A stretch of DNA of 64,000 nucleotides, taken from positions 44,392,001-44,456,000 of the forward strand of contig NC_043015.1 in the NCBI RefSeq assembly GCF_006345805.1. The letters are read 5' to 3'. This document shows, one piece after another, positions 25,123-39,214 of the stretch. Positions within the stretch are counted from its first letter, which is position 1. Every line of letters starts with the position of its first letter. Position numbers and translations under genes: made by a program. The notes under the pieces are model-generated. The model did not search any database and was not told the DNA's origin. It worked only from the letters and a program-made list of their open reading frames with translations. The stretch is from Octopus sinensis (taxonomy: Eukaryota).

Positions 25123-28031
25123 TTTTATTCACGAAAAACAAGTCCTTTTTGAGTTCAGTAGGACTGTTTAATCTCATAAATAGCTTCCATTCTTAAGCTG
25201 ATAGGCTACATTTTGAAAGAAGTTTGGCTATAATTTCTAATTTGATCAGAAACCACGTTTAAGTTCCATCACTGACTAAGAGAACCCAATGATTTCGGGT
25301 TGCGTGACTTAACTAAAATTAAAACATTCAAGAATTCCTCAATTACTGCTGCGAAGTTAGTATAATAAAAAGGCAGCAAGAGGTAACGAAGATTTTCTTT
25401 CTATATAACAACATGCATCATATCATCCGTTGAGAATATAATTGGCTGCCAGGCAATAAGTAATTGGTAAATATACGATACTATGTTGATAATTATCTCA
25501 GAAAATATTTCTATTTCTCAACGGCATCGATTTAGTTCAGCTCTATCAGTGCCTAAAACCACAATTATTCCGATCGCCTCAACACCATTTCTGTCAATTA
25601 TAAATCTATTACAAATACACACGTTGTGATGAATCAACGCATTTCCACTAACGCTAATGCTAAGCAATATTCAATTCTTTCTCCTACCATTACTGTTACT
25701 CTAATAATTTCGTGTTGTGTAGCCTAACGGGGAAATTGGTTCTTTGCTTTAATTAAACGCATTCTTGTACCCTGCTCAACGGCCTCCCCATTGAGGCTAC
25801 GATCCCTATTGCCATTAAAGCATATACGGTGACTACCAATACGATAACAATATACAATTTCCATTATTCCAAAATAACGCAATTAGTACTTCTCTATCAT
25901 AATCATTGAAATATGTTTCGAAAACGAAAGAATAGTTTCACCTTACCATCTCTTTTTACATTAGTATCAGTTTCAACTTAACAATAATACTTTGTTAGAT
26001 TTATAATATCGTAACTCCATGCATGCATGATATTTTCAGTCAGAAATATTTGTGCAAAACTGTCCTATGTGAGATATACTTTCACAATCGTTATCTGAAA
26101 CAGCTGGAGATACGGTAGTTTGACCAAAAGAATGGGCTATTGCAAGCAAAATTAAATATTGAAAATAAAAAAAACATATTTGGGCAAATTAACATAATAG
26201 CAGCGATGTATATATATATATATATATGTGTGTGTGTGGTGTGTGTGTGTGTGTGTGAGTGTGTGTATATTTACGTGTGTGTGTATATATATATAGATAT
26301 ACATATGTACACACACTCCAACACACTGTGTTAGAGTGTGTGTGCATGTTGTGCTATTTAATCCTGCATTCATTTAGATATATACGCACCTTCATCTTCT
26401 TCTCGCTGTTACCATCATCATCATCAGCAGCATTCATTTCTTCTTTCCTCTTTCTTTCCCTACATTTCGGGCCGTTTTCTCTCTTCCCTCTGTTTACCTA
26501 GATCGCCTTGTGTCTCGTCAAAAAATAACCTGATCTATACAACAGTTGCATTGTCAGTATGTTCGATTTGAACCTGCGGGGCTTTTTCTCACACAACATC
26601 TTTACTTTGCAACAGATGCTTTCATTGTAATTTTCGTTTGCTTGCATGTTCCTTTTTTTTTCTCTTTCTTCATTACTTGTCTTTCTCTATCAATCTCTTT
26701 CTATCTTGCTTTCACACATTAGTCCTTACATTCTCTTTCTCCCTTTCCCTGTTTCTCTCGCTCATTATATTATTTCTTTGAAATCTGTTTTGTATTATTT
26801 CTTCCGCTCCCTCATTCGCATACAAAAAGAAAACACGTGCGATATATCATTTTAGTTTCACTTTCACTTCTCTTCTCTATTCATACTTCTTTCAATAGGA
26901 TTGCTTCTATAGTTCCATATTCATGCTCCTTTTCTTCTTTCCCCCTCTCTTTCTTTTCTTCAGTTTACTTCTGTCTTCTTTTTCCTTATATCTGCACCGT
27001 TTTACGAATGAACTAGCTAGCAGACCACAAAATAATAAGCACTTCGGTGCTACAGAGATTCTGCATGAACAACTAATAATTGGTTTTAGTGTGGAGTTTT
27101 CTGAACATCATTATCCATTAGAAGAGAACACACTTCTATACCCACATCCCCACCAGCCAACCCAACAGACTCGCTCCACCTACGAGCAATCTATACGATA
27201 AGAAATATGAAAGAGTTGCAAAGAAAACTTCTTAGGCCATTGCATTGCGCTGAATTACGATAAACTTTTTGTGCAAATAAAAGTTGATCGAAATAAGAAA
27301 GCAACAAAGACACATATATATATATAGAAAATGAAACGTGTAATATTATTGCGTATATTTTTACCTGGTTCTTACCTCACCTAAGAAAATCGATAACTGA
27401 CTTACATTATTCAAAATTCCTTCTGAAAATTTTATGTTTGTTTTCTTTCTATGTTTCGTTTCTCATACTTAAAGACATGAGATGCCCGGAACGATCTCAT
27501 ACTACGAGATAAAGTTAGAAAGCACGCAAGATGCATTTAGAATTTAAAGGAGAGCTTGTATCTGATAAATTATATTTACCCCAACTCGTCTCTTTGCGTT
27601 GGACCATTAGAGTTGAGGCGAAATATTTTACATGAAAGTTTATTTGACGAGGAGTTCAGAGATACTCAGTTTGCATTCATTGTTAGTCATCAACGGATTG
27701 CTACTACCACATTCTGTGCGATCATAGTATATATAAAATAGAAGACTAACCCACTTATCATCATGATGTCGGCCACCGACATACTATAGTCTCCATCCTA
27801 GAGGCATGGTGTCTCCTCTTTCTCCCTTTTTAATTTTATTACTACAACCGTCTCTTATGATCCTTAGAGATGGTTTTTCTCGTGTTATTTCCAATCAGCA
27901 CTCCTAATACATTTGATTCTACATCCCTTTACGTCCACATTAATCACAAGCAACTGTAAGCTGATTCAAATTATTATATTCGGATGCGATTATTCCCTTA
28001 TTGGGTCTTAAACCTAATATGCCTTTAAACT

Positions 28032-28083
<52 letters not shown>

Positions 28084-28176
28084 TCGGAGCAATCTCAAGA
28101 TTAATCAGCCGAAATTGCGAAGATGATCCGCTTCTAAATGTTTCACGTTCTTGTCCCAGTTTGTATATTCTTTTAC

Positions 28177-28257
<81 letters not shown>

Positions 28258-28692
28258 CAAAACCACCTTTTCAATGGAAAAGCATAAGAAATTCATGTTT
28301 TCCTTTTCAGTTCCGCGTGGTTCTTTTCTTAGATTTTAACGAATTTAGCGTTATCATGGTGCCTCTTGTTGATATTAGTAATGATAATTGTTTAAAAAAC
28401 TTTGAACAAGGCCATCAAATTTTAGGACGTAGTTACCAGCTGATACCCTCGTCTCAAATAATTGATGTATTTACCTTATTGAATCTGGAGGGTTGGTTGA
28501 AAGAGAAAGTTGCATCGTAATAATTCTGTGAGCTCGCAACTTCTGTATTTGTAATAATAAAAAGTGCCCGACCCTATTCATAAAAGAGCTATCCTTGCCT
28601 GTAATATATATATATATATATAATATATAATATATAATATAATGTGGTATAATATAATAAATGCGAAAACTAATTATATATATACATATATA

Positions 28693-28847
28693 CGACGGGC
28701 TTCTTTCAGTTTCCGTCTACCAAATCCACTCACAAGGCTTTGGTCGGCTCGAGGCTATAGTAGAAGACACTTGCCCAAGGTGCCACGCAGTGGGACTGAA
28801 CCCGGAACCATGTGGTTGGTAGACAGGCTAATTACCACACAGCCACT
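28693..28847 (-). mobile_element. SINE family B, 5' half
   Basis: Reverse complement of the B head. Confidence 0.85.
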
Positions 28848-29566
28848 ACTAAAAATTTAAATACTGATTTGTGAAATTAATTGTAGATATTTTTTCATAT
28901 AGGTATCCATCATGCCATTGAACATTTGAATATTTTTGTGGGTGTATGCTGAGATATTCTATAAGCTGACATTTATAACTACGTTCCCATCTATGACGTC
29001 GTTTTATGCTTGAATTCCGAAGAAATCTCAAACAAGAATTTGGAAGTAATTAAAAAATCACCTTTAGCTTTATATATCACAATAAATATGTTGACAACAA
29101 ACACTAGAAACAGTGACATAGCACAAGTTAAATATTCAAAGAAAATAGATACAATTCTGACAATAACTAATTTCAAATCTGGAAGTTAAGATATCATAAT
29201 TCTCTATATTATTTGGTGTTTACAATGGAAACGCTCTAAATACACACAGCTACGCTTCTATCATTAAGATTATATCTCTAAGAATGTCATGTCTTTATAT
29301 GTTAGACCAAAGAAAGCTATTGCAGGAAAGCATATATAATGGAAAAAACTGATGAAATATGGATGGATATTTGTGTTTTCAGTATAGCATATCTGAAAGG
29401 AAAGCTTTCCGTATATGCATATATGCATGCATACACACATATATTTGCATTTGCATTCAATCCTTTCTCGTTTTACATCTTGGCCTCCTCACGTATATAT
29501 ATATAGACAGAGAGAGAGAGAGAGAGAGAGTGGAAGAGAGAGAGATAAATATACATACATATACAA

Positions 29567-29660
<94 letters not shown>

Positions 29661-30173
29661 ATATATATAGATAGATAGATATATTTGTATATGTATGTAT
29701 ATTTATCTCTCTCTCTCTATCTACATATATAAGTGAGGAGGCCAAGATGTAAAACGGGAAAGGATTGAATGTAAATGTAAATATGAAGGACAGAATGGAA
29801 AAAAGAAATCTGATTTATTACATCTCATGCTCACAATGTCATGAGATTATAACGGTCAAACACGATCAGAATCAATGCAGCTGGTGAGAGTACATAAGAA
29901 ACAAACCAAAGATTCAATATTTGGAAAAGAACAAGAACCATGCAATGAACATCGAAACACTTATCTGAACGTAAAATTGAAAACATTTTTTTTTGCTTGT
30001 TTATTTTATCAAAATAAATACAAAATTACCATGTATTACAAAATGTACGTTACTTAAAGTTACTTCGTTTATGTTTCATTCCATAACATTTCAGCTTGAA
30101 ATATTGAAACCCTGCGACAGTACACAAGATACGAAAACCTCCTTTGATTATATTTGAGGCTGTGTTCTTTTCT

Positions 30174-30213
<40 letters not shown>

Positions 30214-31093
30214 TACTTATCTTCAAATATTTTTTTATCCTTTTTGATAGTTATATATAATATTAAAATATATATATATATATATATAAATATAAATATA
30301 AATATAAATATAAATATAGATTAATAATTTTAAATTTAAATAATTTAAATTTTGAATTTTATATTTTATATATTTTGTAAATTATATTAATTATTTTTAT
30401 TTTTATGTTTTGGTTTATGTTTCTCACTGTTTGATTACCTAATAGTGGTTTTATCTCTAATTTAATTTATATAATCCAGAAACGCATGCGTCCATAATTG
30501 ACCGGAGACTGTTTGATTTCGTTATCTGTGTTCGTTTTTTTTGCCATAGTGAGTTACAAATACTGTTGTCTGTGGGACATATTTTTGTAGTAAAAGAAAT
30601 AACAGTCTTCTGGCTGCTATTTCTAATACTTTCGGAATGTGGTCTAGCAACCTGTTGCAAAGACCCTCATTGTTATAATTATATATATATCTATATATAT
30701 ACATCAAAGACTCCCTTCGGTCATGAATGACCATGGGACTGCACCTGGAGAGTTACCCTCCGAGCCACAAGTCTGGACAAGGTTCTTAACGGAAGACCAG
30801 CAGTTGCCCAGGGACACCAGCCTCCCCCCACAACATATGTGTCACATACCTGTGATAAATATAGCACATATAGATAAAATAGATAAATACACATAAAGTG
30901 CATGGATACAAGCAACATACGAAGCGAACTAATACACATACAAGAAATTTCACGGACGGCTACAATATTAACAACACGAATAACAACGGCAGTGACAACA
31001 ATAGCAGAACAACAACAGCTACCACGACGGCAACAGCGTGTGCGAACATACAAACGCAAATATATACAGGGTCTTAGGAGAGCAGCAGCAAAA

Positions 31094-31192
31094 TGACGTC
31101 AGAGGGCGGGGCTGAGGCTTGGCCATACTACTGCTAAGAACAGTGACACACACACACAACATACACAAACTCGGACGCAAACGCATGCGCAC
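31094..31192. promoter_or_regulatory. Candidate promoter/enhancer: CRE, GC box and NRF1-like site
   Basis: TGACGTCA 31094-31101, GGGCGGGG 31104-31111, ACGCATGCGCAC 31181-31192, in sequence not repeated elsewhere in the window; motif evidence only. Confidence 0.4.
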
Positions 31193-31443
31193 ATAAGAAT
31201 ACACATCTTAGACGAACCGAATGAAGTACGTGGTGTAAGAGCACACACGAAAATGTAAAGTGTCACTCAAGAGGTCACAGATGTGTGACGAAAGATTACC
31301 GGACAATGGACATGAGTCAAAATAAATACAAGAACAATAATAAACGAGTGAAGAACACAAATATATAGTGCTTATGTTTATTTGGCCAAAAAAGTTGACC
31401 ATCATGAAAGACAACTATATATACATACATATACATATACATA

Positions 31444-31478
<35 letters not shown>

Positions 31479-31606
31479 TAAATTAAGTGGTTTTACTTTT
31501 TATCTTATATTACCTTTTATACTTTGTGATAGTTATATATATTTAATAAATAAATAAATATATAAATAAAAATGAAATAGAAAAAGTTTAAAAAAACATA
31601 TATATA

Positions 31607-31873
31607 TACCGGAGTAAACATATAAATATGAAACAAGGTGGAAAAAAAGTACTCAAATACCAGTGGTAGAGTAATATGCTTTATTTAAAAGCAGCAGATA
31701 ATTCAACAAAACCTGTTACTCTGAGTTTCACGTTCCCGTTCGTCGGACAGTGGGAACGTGAAACTCAGAATAACAGGTTTTGTTGAATTTTCTGCTACTT
31801 TCAAATAAAGTATATATATATATACTTTATTTGAAAGTAGCAGAAAATTCAACAAAACCTGTTATTCTGAGTT
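31607..31873. mobile_element. Penelope-type terminal-repeat remnant with foldback duplications
   Basis: Homologous to 11021-11186; carries a hammerhead motif; three inverted arms. Confidence 0.65.
31713..31750 (-). ncRNA. Minimal type I hammerhead ribozyme motif (U4C core variant)
   Basis: Minus strand CUGU-CCGACGA-ACG(GGAA)CGU-GAAA-CUC(A)GAG-UA/ACAG: stems I, II and III all pair; GUA cleavage triplet. Confidence 0.72.
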
Positions 31874-32129
31874 ATATATATACTTACATACGTACATGCA
31901 TACATGCATAATTAGGTAGATAAATATTTATAGAGAGAGAGCGAGAGACAGACAGACAGGCAGACAGAAAAGGTAGAGAGGAGAAGCAAAGGAGAGCAAT
32001 CTGGAGATACATAAATAGATAGATAGAAGGATGTATGTACTGTAACAGACACACAAATATTCATATCTATATCTACACCTACATACTTTTCATCATTGCC
32101 TATGTCTCTCTATCATTCTATACTCTGGT

Positions 32130-32214
32130 GTGTATATATATATATATATATATATGTATATGTATATATGTATATATGTGAATGTGTATGTGTATATACA
32201 TATACATATATATA

Positions 32215-32252
<38 letters not shown>

Positions 32253-32298
32253 GTATATATGTATATATGTGAATGTGTATGTGTATATATACATATAC

Positions 32299-32348
<50 letters not shown>

Positions 32349-32502
32349 GTATATATGTATATATGTGAATGTGTATGTGTATATACATATACATACACAT
32401 ATATATATATATATATATATATATTCTTTAGTATTGTAAATATATATATGCACGTATGTATGTATGCATATATATATATATATATAAATTGTTTTATATT
32501 AC

Positions 32503-32534
<32 letters not shown>

Positions 32535-32570
32535 ATGTGAGTGCGTGTGTGTGTTTGTGTGTATATGTAC
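32130..32570. repeat. (TA)-rich microsatellite with a ~90-bp higher-order unit repeated three times
   Basis: ATGTATATATGTGAATGTGTATGTGTATATA occurs three times. Confidence 0.9.
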
Positions 32571-34146
32571 ATATATGAAGGCACTCATACAAACATACGT
32601 GCATGAATATATATTTGTGTTTGTATATGGAGTTGGGTGGAGCTCGGCGTCTTTCACATGATACGCCGTTGTTTCTCTTCTGTATATTTTCCCCTTGAAA
32701 TTATATTTGAATATTGAATTGCAAATATGACGTCGTGGCTCACTAATCTTTTTGATATCGTTATAATTTGGCTCATGAATATAATAATATATGCCGAAGA
32801 TATTTTTAATAGCGGCAACAGAAGAAAACTAAGAGTAAATAAACAATAAAATATTTCCTAGAGTTAAGTAAGAATTTCAAAATAAATAATTGACATTAAA
32901 TTCAAAACACGAGCAAATATTTCTCTTTGAACAAGCCTAATTTACAAGCGATAAAGGCAATAAATGCCACCACAATCTTACACTCGGCTGCCATGATCAA
33001 AACCAGCCAGCCTCCGTAATCTGTTTTATTATGTGCAGTTTCTACACGAAAACACATTTTAACGAGGTAGCTACATTTTACATATAGATCCCTAATTGAG
33101 TCATTAACCCGCACGAAGAAGACTTAAAACTAAAAACGTATAGGCTAGTATTAGTTTCTTAGTTAAGTTACTATACATTGATATTGCTTTGCATCTGATC
33201 CGGTGATTAATGGCTTCCCATATCTTTATTATCGTAATAGAGTAGCTTTTACTTACAAATCTCCTATAATCTACAATATTTTATTTCCTTTTGATCCGAT
33301 CGGGATTTCTATACGGTACTGGAATGCATTGTAATGAGCAATGTATCAGAAAAACCGTATTATTTAATAGGTATTAAATAATAGATATTCCGTGATTACG
33401 ATGCTGTTTCGAAACTTTACAAACTTTTGCCAAGTCTAATATTCTGATTAACAGAGTCCATGAATTCTTCGAAAACTACGAGAAAATTACCGAAAAGCTG
33501 TATGACAGAGAATTCGTTTTAAGCATTATAATCTCCATATTTGCCCAGTAAATATAAATTGGATTGTTCTGAGGTGAATTGCACATATTTAAAATTAATT
33601 TAATGCTGAACTGTTTTTATTAGTTTAATTAACAGAAAGACTAAAAATAAAAACCAGCGTTTATTTAATTTCTTGTGCAAAGACGTTTTACACGTAATTA
33701 ATAAGATATTAGTGAAATAACATTAAGATTATTGACAAATGTGAACAGATACCTCTGTTGGTAGCCAATTTTATGGAACATCAAATTTTCCAGCTTTTAT
33801 TAGATAGTTGATATAATTATAGATAATGTAATTTTAACACTGAAATAAATTCTAGTCAATGTAAATACCAAATGGAAAGAGTCAATACTGCACATGTGAT
33901 GGCATACGTTAATTCATGCTCCCACATACATCTGCTACCGTTTACAAACAGCCACACATTTAAACATCTAAATGCATATATGCATGCATGTGCATATATA
34001 CAGGCACTACTAGGCAGTACACGCAACAATATTATGCATGTATTCAACACTAACACACACACGGGCGTACACACACATATACAACACGAATGCACGAACG
34101 AGCGCACGCACAATATATATATATATATATATGTATATATATGTAT

Positions 34147-34228
<82 letters not shown>

Positions 34229-34715
34229 ATATATATATATATATATATAGCGTATATATACTGCTATATATATGGGATATATATATATATATGCGCATGT
34301 ATGTATATGTGTGCAAGTACCTTTGTGAATTTAAGTAAGTTGATGTTCCTAAACACACACATTTACAGTTTTTTAATAGTATCGTTAAAATGTTGTGAAT
34401 GGTAACTTGAGATATAAAAGTGTATTGATATTCAGAAAAAAAGTTTAGTATTACTTTGAAACCTGAAAATCATATACTGTATCGGTTATTGGAAGCTACA
34501 TAAGTATTTATGGTTATTTTGTTTAATTCTTTGAATTCACAATGAAGCATTTGTCATGAATTAAAGAAAGAAAAAAAACAGACGCGCCATCATTTTAATT
34601 TGAAACACACACACACACAGAGGAATACACACACATATATACATATGTATGTATCTCTCTCTCTCTCTTTATATACATACATATATATATAAATATGTGT
34701 GTGTGTATATGTATA

Positions 34716-34752
<37 letters not shown>

Positions 34753-34830
34753 TAGATATATACATACATAAATATACATACATGCATACATACACACACA
34801 CACGCATATATATATATATATATATGTTAT

Positions 34831-34876
<46 letters not shown>

Positions 34877-34928
34877 TAGATAGATATACATACATAAATA
34901 TACATACATACATACACACACACACACA

Positions 34929-34963
<35 letters not shown>

Positions 34964-36197
34964 CAATTGCAAAGTAAATTATAGTATTTGCTGTATATTT
35001 GCGCTACTCCACGTCGGAATATATGTCACATAGTTTATTTATTACCAAAAGAAACAAACAAAATCAAAGGCTTACGAATAAATATTTCTTCAATTAAATT
35101 AGCCAATAGTTATTGGAACAAATATAAATTTATAATCAGTGTTTTGAATTTGTTACCGATGTAATTTCTTCCAGCGATCTTGAATGGATTTGCAGAATCG
35201 TTAATGCCACGCAGACAGTCTTCCATGGTGTATAAGTTCATATTCTAGTTAGGAAAATTATGTTTTGAAGAGCACTAGGGTCGATGAAATAAAATATGGT
35301 TTAAAAATTTTGAGTTAAATTAATATTTTTTTATTGTAGCGAAGATTTAAACGGAGTTATATTTTTAGAATAAAGAAGAAAATACTCAGCTGTTGTGCAT
35401 TTGATCCCCACATCTGACATTGTGCAAGCTAGCCGTGTTGAGAAACGCTCAAACGCTGGTGTGCCGTGGGCTTAAATGAGTTGTTAAGCTGATGTACCGA
35501 ATTCTGCACCTATTCTTCTTTAAACGTTTCTAATAATCTGTGCGATTCTCACAAATTTAAAAATCTTAAATTATTTAACAGAAATATTACGAAGAATAAT
35601 TTCATAACGCTTTGCACTAGAAAGATAATTTCGCCGCAAGAACGAGAGAATACCCCAGAATAATACACATCAAAGAGATGATCAGCTCACTTGTCGAAAC
35701 ACTGGTGTTTGTCTCATGCATGCCCGATGCGATGTACCAGGCTGTTATACTGCAATTCAAACACAAAATTATTACCGCTTACATCGGCATAACAGAAAAC
35801 TCATTTAAGAGTCGACTTTGCCTCCATATGAGTTTATTCAAACATAATCTCAAATAAAACTACTGCGACTCGGGATTAGCTTAGGCAATGAAAACAGAGA
35901 AGTGTATATAACTACAAAGCTTAAACTGGTATTATTTACTTCCGGGCATATGGTCATTGACAACTTGTATTAGAGAAAGCTGAGAAAATTGAAAAGAAAG
36001 GATGAGAATGGTTTCCAAAGTTGGTCTAAGTGTTGTATTATTTAAAATAATTCTACTCAGCGTATGTTTTTGTAGAGGAACTATTATCACCTCTAGTACT
36101 ATTATCATAACGTGCATTACTGCTACCCTTTTCCCGCTGTTACCATTATTATGGATTTTATTATCATTTACATAATTAATATTATTGTAATTATTAC

Positions 36198-36258
<61 letters not shown>

Positions 36259-36548
36259 CACAAATAAATAGAAGAGTGCCATATCATGTGAAATTTGTTG
36301 AACAATATTTCGGCATCTAGCGTGCCTTCCACAGGTTCAAAATTACATGTCATTATTATTATTATTATTATATTATTATTATATTATTATTATTATTATT
36401 ATTATTAGGAGAAGGCGGTGAAATACTTTTAGATATTCAGCATTCTGTACTGAACAACAGATACTCCGCATGATTAGATTTTCTAGAAACAGTTGTAAGA
36501 GACTATAACTATTTCCTATGACTGCTCTACACAATGCTTCACATGTAG

Positions 36549-36625
36549 ATGACACTTGCCGAAGGTGACACGTAGTGGAACTGAACCCGGAACCATATGG
36601 CTTCCTACACACAGCCACGTCTGTA

Positions 36626-36630
<5 letters not shown>
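36549..36630 (-). mobile_element. SINE family B head fragment
   Basis: GACACTTGCC...GAACCCGGAACC...CACACAGCCAC. Confidence 0.7.
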
Positions 36631-36665
<35 letters not shown>

Positions 36666-36722
36666 TAAACATATATACATATATATAAATATTGTTAGTG
36701 ACCAATACATATGTAAGTACGC

Positions 36723-36765
<43 letters not shown>

Positions 36766-37475
36766 ATATATATATATACATGCACATGTGTGTATATAAA
36801 TGTATGCATAAATGTACACATGTATATATTCACATGTATATCTAAACTGCTACTTCTGTTATCTTTAAATCATTGATATATCCAAGTGATTAATGAGATA
36901 TCTCATTACATATTAAGCAAGTTATATTCAAAGCTACATAGTTAGTGGTCCCTAAATCACAACACCAATACATAAACGAATTTATTAATAAAAATAACAA
37001 ATAGGAAATAAAAGGGATTATTTATCACAAGAGCATTTTTATATGGTTACATTTGAATGTCGTATCATTATCAGAAATAGTCCCTGCATGTTTATCTTCC
37101 TACATACTCCCTGTATCTCCGTATCCTTCTTTGCGTCGTTGTTTCTCTCTCTCTCTCTCTCTCTCTCGCTCTCTGCATATTCGTGATATCGCCTTTACTC
37201 ACAGAAACACGCGTACACACGCTCGTATGCATCTGCATGTATTCGTGTATATTTATCATAATCGAGTACTACTTTATCCATCTTGTTTTTTTTCCACCTA
37301 TGAGTCTACTTGTATATATGTACACACACACGCTCAAACACACCCAAACGCACACATACACACACCACTCAAACACATGCACACGAACACACACATGTAT
37401 ACATATATGTATTTATGTATTATATATATATATATATATCTTCATAGATATACATGAGAGCATATTGATTTATCT

Positions 37476-37695
37476 ATGTATGTATGTATGTATGTATGTA
37501 TGTATGTATGTATGTATCTATTTATCTATCTATCTATCTACCTATCTCTGTTTATCTATCTATCTATCTATCTATCTATTTGTTTGTCTTTCTGTCGGTC
37601 TGTCTGTCTGTCTCACTACCTACCTGTCCATCGCTCTGTTTACTTATCTATGTTTCTATGTAATTTCCCACACACATAAGTTATTTACATAGATT

Positions 37696-37752
<57 letters not shown>

Positions 37753-37802
37753 GTTATATATATATATATATGTATGTATATATATATATATATATATAAT
37801 GT

Positions 37803-37834
<32 letters not shown>

Positions 37835-37863
37835 ATATATATGTATATAGATGTATATATATG

Positions 37864-37898
<35 letters not shown>

Positions 37899-37910
37899 TA
37901 TATATATATA

Positions 37911-37972
<62 letters not shown>

Positions 37973-38030
37973 ATATATATATATAATATATATATATATG
38001 TATATATATATATCATATGCATATATATTC
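37476..38030. repeat. Compound (TATG)n/(TATC)n/(TA)n microsatellite
   Basis: Read directly from sequence. Confidence 0.95.
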
Positions 38031-38876
38031 CTATGCGTATGTGTGTTTGTGTGTGAACGTGAACATACACTCGGCTGGAAGGAGAATCTTATGTCTTTAT
38101 CGTCGCTCTTAATGGTAAGAATATTCTAAATTACCCACTTGTTTTCTGAATAACTAATTCAATATTTGTGGGGAGGATTTACGACGTGGCTGACAAAAAA
38201 ACCTGTCCTTTCACAAATAATCAATCTCCTTCAGTTTTTCTTATCATTATCGATCTATTTTTTTTGTTTGTTTTCCTTTCTCTACATCTCCGAATAGATT
38301 TCCGAATGAAACCAATATCACATCATACGCAATATATTGTCACAACAGCTGCTCAAACTTCCGCAGGGTTTTATTTACCACAACTTTAGATTTTATCCGT
38401 ATTAATAAGAAAACCACAGGAGTCGTGGAACTAGACTTTCTTCTTCTTTATAGTTACCTGAAGATGTTCTTTGGTTTTAACAGTCATATTTTACGAATGT
38501 TTCGGTCTGTTATGAATGAAGTAAAGGTAAGCTGCATCCTGTTTCGAAGGCGACATTGCTCGAACACTTGTATAATTCTGCTCCAATTCATCACACGTCG
38601 TCATTTGTGAGAAAGAAAGAAATTAAAAGATTCGAATTGTGTTCGTTCGAATACTTGAAATAGCAATATAATGTACCTCAAATCGCATCCTACACTTATT
38701 GAGATACTGCATAAGATATTGAATAATGCAGTATTATATAAACTGTGTAAAAGAGAACTGTAAGAAGGTGTGTATCGCTATTTCTTATAACGGTGCGGCA
38801 CGCAAATACAGCCATATAATGTTCTCTTGCTGTACATAAATTTCAGTACGTAGGAGTCTTTCTATTTCAAAATGTA

Positions 38877-38942
<66 letters not shown>

Positions 38943-38956
38943 TATTATTATCATTA

Positions 38957-39214
38957 ACTGCTAAGTTACGGGGACGTAAACACACCAGCATCGATTATCA
39001 AGAAAATGTTGGGGGTACAAACACAGACACACAAACACACACACACACACACACGATGGGCGTCTTTCAGTTTCTGTCTACCAAATCCACTCACAAGGCT
39101 TTGGTCGGCCCGAGGCTATAGTAGAAGACACTTTCCCAAGGTTCCACACAGTGGGACTGAACCCGGAACCATGTGGTTCGTAACCAAACCACTTACCACA
39201 CAGCCACCTCTACA
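38957..39214 (-). mobile_element. SINE family B, 3' truncated
   Basis: Reverse complement of the B head and middle. Confidence 0.85.

Noticed and set aside
35691-35749. Minus-strand 59-nt exon candidate (ITAWYIASGMHETNTSVST)
   Set aside because: The splice sites are plausible, but the peptide is unrecognised and no consistent multi-exon model could be built.
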